This document shows, one piece after another, positions 42,101 to 48,829 of a DNA stretch of 64,000 nucleotides. A model generated the notes under the pieces. It saw only the letters and a program-made list of their open reading frames with translations. It did no database searches and had not been told where the DNA came from. Every line of letters begins with the position of its first letter. Within the stretch, counting starts at the first letter, position 1. Origin of the DNA: a virus; IMG/VR virus record IMGVR_UViG_3300010268_000001; one strand, written 5' to 3'. The position numbers were made by a program, and so were the translations under genes.

Positions 42101-42239
42101 TAAGACCTTTATAGGCAGCATAACCACCGGCTGCTATAAGGCCTATCCTACCGACAGTCTTTATGGCATTCGATAAAAAAGAATGACGAGGATACTCGTC
42201 GTCGCCGTTGAGGTACTTGCGGTATTCGTTGTCTGCCAT
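36165..42239 (-). CDS. Tape-measure-like / ejection protein with degenerate SNase-like OB domain (2024 aa)
   Basis: Immediately follows the tail chaperones (canonical TMP position). Mostly helical, with Gly/Ala-rich hydrophobic helices, a Gly-Tyr-rich linker (about 38620-38800) and an OB-like TVTIERVIDPITF...IRMAGIKLP segment (about 37600-37865). Confidence 0.6.
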   Translation of the reverse strand: MADNEYRKYLNGDDEYPRHSFLSNAIKTVGRIGLIAAGGYAAYKGLKYLDKEGLLSEGVSKMNQTLSRTSSYLSGLNKTFREEGVFKTLLGGAQETLEANMRQSFRTHAVTEARKMAGKPTLSGEPTRIEKWFSKLADSHRKIAEREILNFRLEKVLSDVAEKEWAKENPELFKAIEKMLKEDKRLITTGFEREVIQGKGAQYNKEKAIEKALKSAMEHFEITSRFHDIPAVKSGLSDLRETLIKYSDRKAFIRENREAIAQRVKVIKEASDQAALRFQKSTTAGTKIIQSMFPDYDLLTLSDAVKMGIFDYTSLTKDIPKAGGKIERTMVRPRALSTIPGMEDAIVDPLVFINRATGEVFDFRFLRTVPSKTLKTLSENFQIPLLNIRPFRLLTVFGREAAEDIPFHVFQREKIGSIIKLIGRDLPIDDYYYSGGSIINRQGQVVAENITLASPRTGLFQRELAPILGYTKREAREPSTLIEYLKEIYDIGNQEYESALKRKFSAVTKFWNLDWDRNIWYNIEQGNFGKTEEEVLDFLNKAYSKFLNTVDNMTTSLSRDTIKTLKDYIDPDIYQILMENTTEEGTLRAIYKLIQDDSLRPGTRREFERILEQYIQDPESLHSIARTAKRGRDTALPDFLESITSNKTELITNISQAQKTLHMELLHRAQSIDKGVTVGSLVKDLLESGVLTEKQADEILNLYTLSDLMNLGVSGRLTEPEKFLGLLTKPANESQKIIREHLEQMIKKANPVLGVGPGERPRFYFEDYIPIRRGSVISRTRQTIEDINEIIKSGGGIREITSGTIGEVGRKLKSWGLDTLAEIGFGSKKYRAGRFNPERLTTTSFGFYHYFYRLQEGIASIGLGLSNKNMGSAQDIAWNLLTRRILLPLATFYGLRYINFELGNLNPSGEKPNQTFARAYAQMTLDVQRFKDITGLNWMSQELRRTFPGLNLLSENPIGLALKYGTFGLIGDSSGYEEKKYYYEKGYEPIRKGRFWDIGSNTPWYGDRIEYFAPSWYRRVMGEPKYTDVLYGSEAEYWGYTWFPNPRNLFGIRTLLDPYHYERKHRETRPYPVSGGTPFRQIPIVGPLIDIPLSFIFKPPRKHPDLKRAHESYLKEINDMYKAFAEQTNRGAILMIYPGGRIQPVAFGTGGAAVSPEGAEGGIGYGIGPGVIEREEGEGEGYGIGYGVGGEYGGGGYTYTVGSGYGGIAAINQTYASYADLRPIDGRSVASLRDHFYVESLEKAMDPNSVAYRLGETAYSLTEIGGIYGFLANTFFGIEDATSPHVQLQDSSRMTSLERAFWDLGLGGLGGELSEIYRRFLPHRRRQIREYNPIRNQMPDWMPGLEYFLDFKHGDPYVKIPMGEARLPGPGYEAINRLHPDPIFGRYGALDRFKILADVAPWSEQYKYYSKVVTMMHEDKLISDRDYEDAQRIREMVSQRKEKYDLYPYKFKYADQIEKKTVTIERVIDPITFTTKEYPGVAIRMAGIKLPAKTSEYYGEVLANISRYITPGNKIRIGIAEDPLMRYNDDTMQTMPAVVYDVWGDPLQAKLARKTYGGFLFGIGGERAVKGKFDDTDAVTVNALYRENTITLGKFWEAFAHLDTPFHTKFLKVRSPLEHYKRQMLYGKDWQSWSHPVRDWIVPTINKLTAGRPLVSTLAGAALGALFGAAKHSKEIGAIIGAAIGGIPASLRAFYEAGRRLTGDFDYTWIPRRRRIEREIEEYFDILKYVKYRGLYEKARELAIEYEGIDPESIAQMSEQRGAKTASERRRLENVKRWLKVSYSDDEESKKENLSAINARLRDIASDRILLAAGPYTIRALQYRTEYQATLYGADPHGDFRTIYRALPKKDRPFFRYFMTATPEEREEILRIIPKNQRRFYQAKWGLKLDRKPSLEEYFATHYLPSPDWIGWKPGVSLEAIKVKFVQNTALDIGEFGFWPDDVEFAKNAPRLPRIRKLLPNAIDIGALKKVLSGAGIEDVDIKIFTEETDDPSDLLNIDVNMMYDRREDVKREINNNLAFLFSE

Positions 42240-42259
42240 AAAGCTCCCTCCTTACGATC

Positions 42260-42979
42260 TCAGAGTAACTCCTCGTCATATATCGGAATGTCTGGAATTG
42301 GCTTTCCTTTCATAAACGCTTCGATTTGTGCCAATTCAGGGAAATCGAAGATACTACCACCTTCTATCTGGAAGTCGAGTTGCGTAGCCTTATACTTGTC
42401 TTCGGATTTGTCATTATCCGCAGGCTTGTCTACAGGTTTTTCTTTAGGCGCCTGAGTTACTGCAGTGTCTTGCTGGCTGCCATCTCCTTTATAGATGTAT
42501 TCAAGCTCTATGCCACGCAGTGTGCTAAGTATGTACTCGGCTCTGGTAAAGTACCATATTGTCTTTTCCATCGGCCAGCTCTCGATTTCCTCTATACTAA
42601 GTTCAGGAAACGCCTCTTTGATGACGCATGCCATCTGATTATCAAGTGTTTCCATTTCTTTTCTGTACTTTTCAAGATACTCGACGAACTTTCCAGTATC
42701 CTCTGTAAAACCAGATTCATGCAATATTAAGTTTGCCAGCGTTGTTGGAATACCTGCAAGACAGTCACCAAAATCATAGTCCTCAGGCTCAAGCACACAA
42801 AGGTGACAGATATATTCTTCTAGCGCAAGCGGATTGTCCTTATATAATCTTAATCCTTGTCTGTATTCAAGGCGAGAGATCTCGCGGAAGAGAAATTCCT
42901 GATCAGCTATTTCAACATAATATAAATTCCAATATTTATTCTTCCATTCTACAAACTGTTGTATCTCCAATAATATCAC
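42260..42979 (-). CDS. Tail assembly chaperone 2 (239 aa)
   Basis: Position between the tube genes and the TMP-like gene. Paralog of the upstream chaperone. C-terminal PELSIEEIESWPMEK resembles the GT-type extension. Confidence 0.75.
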   Translation of the reverse strand: MILLEIQQFVEWKNKYWNLYYVEIADQEFLFREISRLEYRQGLRLYKDNPLALEEYICHLCVLEPEDYDFGDCLAGIPTTLANLILHESGFTEDTGKFVEYLEKYRKEMETLDNQMACVIKEAFPELSIEEIESWPMEKTIWYFTRAEYILSTLRGIELEYIYKGDGSQQDTAVTQAPKEKPVDKPADNDKSEDKYKATQLDFQIEGGSIFDFPELAQIEAFMKGKPIPDIPIYDEELL

Positions 42980-43008
42980 CCCTTGCGCCGCTTGTATTAT
43001 ACAAGGGG
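42979..43008 (-). promoter_or_regulatory. Alternative RNA structures overlapping the SD of chaperone 2
   Basis: CCCCTTG...CAAGGGG (occludes SD) competes with CTTGTA(TAA)TACAAG; the two share CTTG. Confidence 0.4.
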
Positions 43009-43013
43009 AGCCA

Positions 43014-43430
43014 TTACAGAGCTATAGGTCCTGTCTTAGGTATAAAACCTGATCTCTCCATCACTTGTTCAGCAAGGATAGTCGGGACTCCAGCTTTGCC
43101 ATCACTAATCTTGTCGAATGTATAGCCTTCAGGCCACAGTATGCATTTTTCGCATACCCTTTCCTCTCTGTATAGTGCGTCGGAGTTCTCAAGCCCCATT
43201 ATTTCCTTAAACTCTTTGCGCGTAAGAACTCTCCAGATAAATACCTCCTCGTCGTCAACCTCAGTCATATAGATTTGGCCGTATTTCTCTTTCCAGTCGT
43301 CTATCTGCTTCAATGTAGGCCCGCCAGGAAACAGGTATTCATCCTCTTCCTGTGTTTGTTCAATAACTTGCTCCTGAATCTGTTCTTCAATATTAGCTTG
43401 TTCAAGCTGATTTACTCTCTTGTTTGCCAT
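43014..43430 (-). CDS. Tail assembly chaperone 1 (138 aa)
   Basis: Acidic, with WKEKYGQIY...FIWRVLTRKEF...AGVPTILAEQVMERSGF. Canonical position after the tube genes. Confidence 0.75.
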   Translation of the reverse strand: MANKRVNQLEQANIEEQIQEQVIEQTQEEDEYLFPGGPTLKQIDDWKEKYGQIYMTEVDDEEVFIWRVLTRKEFKEIMGLENSDALYREERVCEKCILWPEGYTFDKISDGKAGVPTILAEQVMERSGFIPKTGPIAL

Positions 43431-43448
43431 CCTCTTCTCCTCCTTGTA

Positions 43449-44225
43449 TTATTTTGTCATAGCATTATAAGGTTTTTTTGGTTTAAGCATACTTGGGTAT
43501 ACTTTCTTTGTATTAGTGTCTTGTGTTGTAGAGCTTGATACTGCCTGTTTGATAGTATTTATAATTGTATTATCAAGGTCGCGTGCTATGAACGTATATT
43601 TCTCGTATATGGGTTCGCCTGTAGGCTGGATAACCTGGCTTACCCCAGTTAAATGTACGCCGTTGATAATTTTAGCTGCGCTAGGAAAATCCTTTACTTC
43701 CTTGCCTATCTCTATTAACTCTGAGCCATAGGATACTATGATATCAAATCCATATGCGGCAAGGTCGCTACTGGCATTTACAAAAAATGTGTCCCGGTAT
43801 TTATTTATTGCAGTACTCTCGTTGTTGCCCCATAATCTTTTACCATATTCATCTGCAATCTCTTCGAGCTTATCCATTGGCATGCCTTTTATCCACGCCG
43901 CTATCTGTTCTGCTGTCATGTCAGAAGTTGGTCTTTTTGGTCTAGCAGAACTCACACCCTGAGCCTGAAGCTGCTCAAGGGCCACTCTTATGTAGAATGT
44001 CTCTCTGAATGGAATGGTAAAAGATCCTGTGACTAATCTTGCGCCATGTGCGACCGCGTCATATGTATATGAGGCATATCCGTATATCGGAATAATGTTT
44101 TCCTGAAGTGCAAATTCAAGTTGTGAAATTTTATCTATAGGAATATTATTAAATGCTATATAGCAATCTATTCCGCTGAAATATTCCTGTGGGAATACTT
44201 GATAGTTATTAACTATTGCATTCAC
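43449..44225 (-). CDS. Tail tube-like protein 3 / tube initiator (258 aa)
   Basis: YFSGIDCYIAF...PIYGY...GARLVTGSFTI and KIINGVHLTGVSQVI...EKYTFIARD align with the other two tube paralogs. Confidence 0.7.
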   Translation of the reverse strand: MNAIVNNYQVFPQEYFSGIDCYIAFNNIPIDKISQLEFALQENIIPIYGYASYTYDAVAHGARLVTGSFTIPFRETFYIRVALEQLQAQGVSSARPKRPTSDMTAEQIAAWIKGMPMDKLEEIADEYGKRLWGNNESTAINKYRDTFFVNASSDLAAYGFDIIVSYGSELIEIGKEVKDFPSAAKIINGVHLTGVSQVIQPTGEPIYEKYTFIARDLDNTIINTIKQAVSSSTTQDTNTKKVYPSMLKPKKPYNAMTK

Positions 44226-44231
44226 TTATTA

Positions 44232-45935
44232 TCACCCTTTTACCACAGCACTTACGGCATCTATGGAACGAATCATTCCATATGGCGTGGAAACATATCC
44301 TGTAAACGTACCAAGTATGCTTACTGAATCTGCCACAGGAATAGATGAGATGATATTAACAGGCCTGATATACACAAGTCGGCTTGGGTTACTTGTTGAA
44401 CCAAAATAGCTGTCTGTTGCTATTACGCCACCCTCGTCGTCGTATGGTTCAATAACCTTACACGTGAAATGTAAGGCCTCTCCGACAGGTATATTTGCAA
44501 ATACTTCTTCGAACGACTGGTGATCTACTACTACTGTGCACTCGTAAGTTTTCTGTGATACTCCGTCAGGAGCGGTCACAGTTATAACGCATACGGCGCC
44601 AGAGCCAGATATAGAGGTTGGCTGTTGGACGTCAACCTGTGCATCTGTTTCTTGAGGTAATGCGTTAAAGGCAGGTGGCACCGTGCTGTTATATGGGATG
44701 ATGTTTTTATATGTGAATATGTTACTGTTGAAGCTAGGATAAATAACCCCATTACTGCTAACCAGATATGATAGCAACGCATTAGAACTTTTAGGAAGCA
44801 CTGAGAAATGAACATAATATTTCTTTTGTGTTCTTCCATCGTCAGCAGTAACGATGATTTCCGTAGTTCCGGGCAACGTGAATGCACGATTAACTGTTAC
44901 TGTTGCGCCGGGATCTTCCGGGATAGCTGAAACTTTTGGTACACCTTTTAGGTCATAAAGATCCACATTATAATTATACACTAAAGGGTTAAAATTGTCA
45001 ATAGCCACACCACTAACCATAATACTGCTTAGGTTAGCATTAGATGTAACAGTCTTATATTTTATATAGTAGTCTGTTGTACTTCCATCATTGCCGGTTA
45101 CACGGACTCTTGATTTTTGTGATATATTATCAGCTAACACAATGTCAACCTGTGCCATTTGGTCGGCCGCCATTGCATGAATCGAAGGAACAGTAGTAGT
45201 GTCAGCAGGAAGCTGTACTGTATAATTAAATATTGTTGGATCAAATGAAGGAACTAAAGTCCCATAAGAAACCGTAAGCGAACTTAGTGATGTATCAGAT
45301 GCTCTTATAAATGTATTTACTGACGTACGTCCCTCACTTTCATCATTGAGTACGATTATATCGCTTGCCATATAGCTCATTGTGTTTTCTGTAATCATGT
45401 CTTCAATACTCATTACCTGGCCTTCGTCTACGATAACAATGCCTTTTATGACGAGCTTCGAGCTGTGCCCATACTCATTCATAAAAGATATTGTTACATC
45501 AAATGGCGGCATTTCGTCCATGATAAAAGCCTGGCTTGCTTCAATTCTCTGTAGGTATGTATATATTGCTGATGGCGTCAGGACACTCACTCCTGGGCCC
45601 ATTATATTGTTTCCATAATTTTGTAGATTTTTTTGGGTAGATAATCCTTCTTTTATAAGTCTTACAATCTTATATACCAGGTTTTTATCGAACACAGTAA
45701 AGATTAGCGATCCCGCTATTGTTCTGGTGCCATATGTAAAACCAACCGGATTTGCTCGTCCTAATGTTCTTACGGGGGACTTTTCTCTGTGTATGCTGTA
45801 TGAAATTGTCTGCAATTCTCCTATAACGAGTGGTTGTGAAGCAAAATTAGGTATAGTAATAGTAGCTACTATATCGCAGCCTGAATACGATGTATATGTT
45901 GCTGCTGCATATATATTGGACGTCTTATTGGCCAT
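44232..45935 (-). CDS. Tail tube-like protein 2 with three cadherin-like beta-sandwich repeats (start re-called to ATG 45935)
   Basis: YTSYSGCDIVAT...IGELQTISYS.HREK...GTRTIAGSLIFTVF tube fold. Three xxxLSxLxV...FxPxxxxY repeats follow (about 44520-45305). SD GGAGG/AAGGAG precedes MANKTS. Confidence 0.75.
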   Translation of the reverse strand: MANKTSNIYAAATYTSYSGCDIVATITIPNFASQPLVIGELQTISYSIHREKSPVRTLGRANPVGFTYGTRTIAGSLIFTVFDKNLVYKIVRLIKEGLSTQKNLQNYGNNIMGPGVSVLTPSAIYTYLQRIEASQAFIMDEMPPFDVTISFMNEYGHSSKLVIKGIVIVDEGQVMSIEDMITENTMSYMASDIIVLNDESEGRTSVNTFIRASDTSLSSLTVSYGTLVPSFDPTIFNYTVQLPADTTTVPSIHAMAADQMAQVDIVLADNISQKSRVRVTGNDGSTTDYYIKYKTVTSNANLSSIMVSGVAIDNFNPLVYNYNVDLYDLKGVPKVSAIPEDPGATVTVNRAFTLPGTTEIIVTADDGRTQKKYYVHFSVLPKSSNALLSYLVSSNGVIYPSFNSNIFTYKNIIPYNSTVPPAFNALPQETDAQVDVQQPTSISGSGAVCVITVTAPDGVSQKTYECTVVVDHQSFEEVFANIPVGEALHFTCKVIEPYDDEGGVIATDSYFGSTSNPSRLVYIRPVNIISSIPVADSVSILGTFTGYVSTPYGMIRSIDAVSAVVKG

Positions 45936-46003
45936 CTCCTTGTCCTCCCGTATTATGTATATAAGGGCGGAAATAAATCCGCCCATCAATTAACATTGCA
46001 TAA

Positions 46004-46654
46004 TTACCTGTCGCTGTTAACGTCTGCGCCGAAGATGGGAACAAGTCTTGAGATACTTCTTGCAACGAATGTACAAGCCTTCTCTGTTGTGATGTCGTCT
46101 ATCGACATTCCCATGCCTTCATTCAGGATTTCGCATCCAAGGATTGAGAATCTAGCCGCGTTACCATATTCGTTGTGTAATGTGATGGTAACGTTAAACG
46201 GCTTGATTTCGTCGACGTAGTAAGCATTGACCCTCTTGAAGTTCTTTACAGGCGAACCTGTATTGGCCTGATCGTTGAATGCTTCTTCCCACTGCTCGGG
46301 CGTCAGGAATTCGTAGTACGGAACTTCACCAGGCTCCTGCGGCGCAGTAGGTCTTGTGTTTGCGTAAGCTGTGTAAATCTTATTCTCTTCGGATGGGTCT
46401 TCTATAAGGAAGCTCAGTGCGTCCTTGTTGAATACTGTGAAGACCATAGAACCCGCAATACCGCGTTTACCTCTGGAGAACGATCTCGGGTCAGGGCTAC
46501 CCATTGTGTAGATCGGAGTTTTCTCTCTTGTTACAGAGTATGATATAGCCTGTAATTCACCAATAACCCTATCATTTATAGTAGCGACTATATCTGCTCC
46601 AGAGAACGAGGTATAGTTGGCATTATACCTACTAACTATAGTATCTTGAGCCAT
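46004..46654 (-). CDS. Major tail tube protein (216 aa)
   Basis: Directly downstream of the sheath. YTSFSGADIVAT...IGELQAISYSVTREK...GKRGIAGSMVFTVF. Confidence 0.85.
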   Translation of the reverse strand: MAQDTIVSRYNANYTSFSGADIVATINDRVIGELQAISYSVTREKTPIYTMGSPDPRSFSRGKRGIAGSMVFTVFNKDALSFLIEDPSEENKIYTAYANTRPTAPQEPGEVPYYEFLTPEQWEEAFNDQANTGSPVKNFKRVNAYYVDEIKPFNVTITLHNEYGNAARFSILGCEILNEGMGMSIDDITTEKACTFVARSISRLVPIFGADVNSDR

Positions 46655-46671
46655 TATACTTTACCCCCTTC

Positions 46672-48096
46672 TTACAGCATCGGTTTCAGAGCAACGGCTA
46701 TCATGATTCTTCTGGTCTCGAATACCGGTACGATATCGAGCAGAATTCTCATTGTGCCGTCTATCTGGTCAGCAATTGAAGCCTGAATGTGGAATCTAAA
46801 GTCGTTCAGAGCGCCCCTTGCAACCATGTTTTGCAGGCCTTCCCTGACGGCTGTATCAAGGGCGTTTCTCCTTGCCATTGTATTCGGCTCACCAATATAA
46901 GGATCGGCGAGTTCACGAACCAACTGGATAACGTCATTAGTGATCCTCAGTGTTGTCAGGCGGACGAAGTCGGATGAGTCAGGAGCTGTTGTTATAGCGT
47001 CTGCTATAATGATTCTTCCATTCTTAAACCTCGGCACAACTATGTGCTTATTAATGAGGCTTGTGATCTGTGTAGGAGATAGGTTATAACTTGCAAACAA
47101 AGCGCCAGGTATAACTTTGTTAGTGGGTGACGAATAAGATGCGAGTACTGAAATGAGCCCTGCATATGCTCCATGCCACATATCCTCGTATACTGCGCTT
47201 CCGAGGTTAAACCACAGAGGAGAACCACCTACAACCTGCAGATGCTTAGAGTATATCTGGTTTTTCTGTTCCTCTACATGCTTCTTAACTGTTGCAAGGT
47301 TTGCACTCAGAGGAGCTTTAATAGCCATAACTCCTATAACTTGCCTGTTGTTTCTGGATACTACATCGCAAAATCCAGCGAGCTGTGCAGCAAAGTCCTT
47401 ATTAAATGTGTAATTATAACTTGCCAACAGTGTCTTTGTTGGATCTGGCTCAAAGTCTTCCTCGAAAGTAATTACACCTGTCTCGAGATTGATGCTGTAC
47501 TTTCCTGTGAGTACTTCGTTGCTGTTCTTATAGTTGAGAGTAAAAGTATCTGCAACTATAGGACTGCGCTGTGCCTTGTAGACGATTTCTCCTTCTATTT
47601 CCTGCGGAGTTATTATTTCGTTAGATACTGTGTGAACGACTCTTATTGCGTAATCTTCTGTTTCTCCGTCCAGTTCTGCACTTGGAGCGGATTCGCCTAC
47701 ATATACTCCACCGAGGACTATAATGTCTGCATTGATGTTGTCTTCCAGAATCGAATAAATCTTGTGGAGATTCTGGTACTTCTCTTCTGGTGTTTTACCT
47801 TTCAGGACGATAGCCCTTATATCACGGCACCCAGCATCGTAAGCCTGCTTCCAAAGTCTTGCAAGCGGATTCGCTGTGCTGTATGCGCCAAGCCTGTTCT
47901 TCTTCTCAACGAAGTCAGATTGTCCTGTTATAATAACAGGATCGAACTCTTCTTCTTCGTAGTCGCCTTCTACGCCTTCCTCTGTTGTAGGTGCTATTAT
48001 CAGTAGGGTTTGCGTAGGGGAGGGCTCGGCGGGGAGTATTAGGTTACCATCTTTGATCTCAAGTTCAATACCCGGTAAGCTATTATATGACAGCAT
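46672..48096 (-). CDS. Tail sheath protein (474 aa)
   Basis: The C-terminal YSSPTNKVI...LTTLRITNDVIQLVR...YIGEPN...ARGALNDF...IVPVFETRRIMI segment is the conserved sheath C-terminal domain. Confidence 0.9.
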   Translation of the reverse strand: MLSYNSLPGIELEIKDGNLILPAEPSPTQTLLIIAPTTEEGVEGDYEEEEFDPVIITGQSDFVEKKNRLGAYSTANPLARLWKQAYDAGCRDIRAIVLKGKTPEEKYQNLHKIYSILEDNINADIIVLGGVYVGESAPSAELDGETEDYAIRVVHTVSNEIITPQEIEGEIVYKAQRSPIVADTFTLNYKNSNEVLTGKYSINLETGVITFEEDFEPDPTKTLLASYNYTFNKDFAAQLAGFCDVVSRNNRQVIGVMAIKAPLSANLATVKKHVEEQKNQIYSKHLQVVGGSPLWFNLGSAVYEDMWHGAYAGLISVLASYSSPTNKVIPGALFASYNLSPTQITSLINKHIVVPRFKNGRIIIADAITTAPDSSDFVRLTTLRITNDVIQLVRELADPYIGEPNTMARRNALDTAVREGLQNMVARGALNDFRFHIQASIADQIDGTMRILLDIVPVFETRRIMIAVALKPML

Positions 48097-48127
48097 CTAT
48101 ATATCCTCCTTCTTTTTAATTTTTTGA

Positions 48128-48829
48128 TCATGTTGATTCGTTTGTTTGGCTATTGTCACTATTTTTTATCGTCACTTGGTCTTCATAAAGACTTATGCGT
48201 CTCGGGTCTTGCTCTAAGAGGACCAAGTTTAGAACCATGTTGTAAGAAGAGTCGTGTAAGAGGGTTGAAATTACGATTTCTTCTGTTATAGGGCACTTGA
48301 TTTGTGTTACTTCTTCAAGGCGGATACGGTATATAATACGTCTTCTTATGAGGTCTGTCTTCCATTTACCACTTGCTTCGTCTCCTGTCATCTCGTCGAA
48401 GAGAATCTCAGTTACGCCTTTTTTCTTCAAGAATCCTGCGTACTGTGCCATAAATAGCTGGAAGCGCTCTACAAGTTCGTCAGCAGAATCACCATCATCT
48501 GCCCATATTTCAAATAATATCCTGTAGTCAAATATCTGGCCATATAGTTCTATCGGAATCTGTTTGCCTTTCTCTTCTACGAATATGGTCTCTCTGTATC
48601 TTGGTTTTAGCTCTGATGCGCTCTTAAATTCTCCAGGAGCCTTTGAAACTACTGAGTATGTTATAAACGGCGTTTTAATGTTCGTCGCATCGGTACTTTT
48701 GGGGTAAGCCGCGACGAACCGTACATTATTCTTACCCCAAGCTGCTTCAAGAAGCTGCTTTATCGTTCTCATTAGATCCCGATAATTCTGTATCTGCGGT
48801 GATTGTATATTTACTATCATGAAACCCAC
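48128..48829 (-). CDS. Tail terminator / completion protein (233 aa; likely start ATG 48820)
   Basis: Position upstream of the sheath. PFITYSVVSKAPG...YRILFEIWAD...DELVERFQLFM resembles the gp15/gpU-type fold. Confidence 0.6.
   Translation of the reverse strand: MGFMIVNIQSPQIQNYRDLMRTIKQLLEAAWGKNNVRFVAAYPKSTDATNIKTPFITYSVVSKAPGEFKSASELKPRYRETIFVEEKGKQIPIELYGQIFDYRILFEIWADDGDSADELVERFQLFMAQYAGFLKKKGVTEILFDEMTGDEASGKWKTDLIRRRIIYRIRLEEVTQIKCPITEEIVISTLLHDSSYNMVLNLVLLEQDPRRISLYEDQVTIKNSDNSQTNEST

Noticed and set aside
42993-43030. Sigma-70/sigmaA promoter (TATAAT on minus strand in the chaperone spacer)
   Set aside because: No -35 element at 16-18 nt and no proper TGn extension. The TATAAT is the centre of a palindrome.
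43014-43050. Programmed -1 frameshift joining chaperone 1 to chaperone 2
   Set aside because: No slippery heptamer. The chaperone-2 frame is closed by TAG at 43022-43024, and reaching it would need a +1 shift within the last two codons.
44232-48096. Extracellular contractile injection system (eCIS/tailocin) because of multiple tubes and sheaths
   Set aside because: Terminase, portal, protease and major capsid are in the same operon, so this is a complete phage morphogenesis module.
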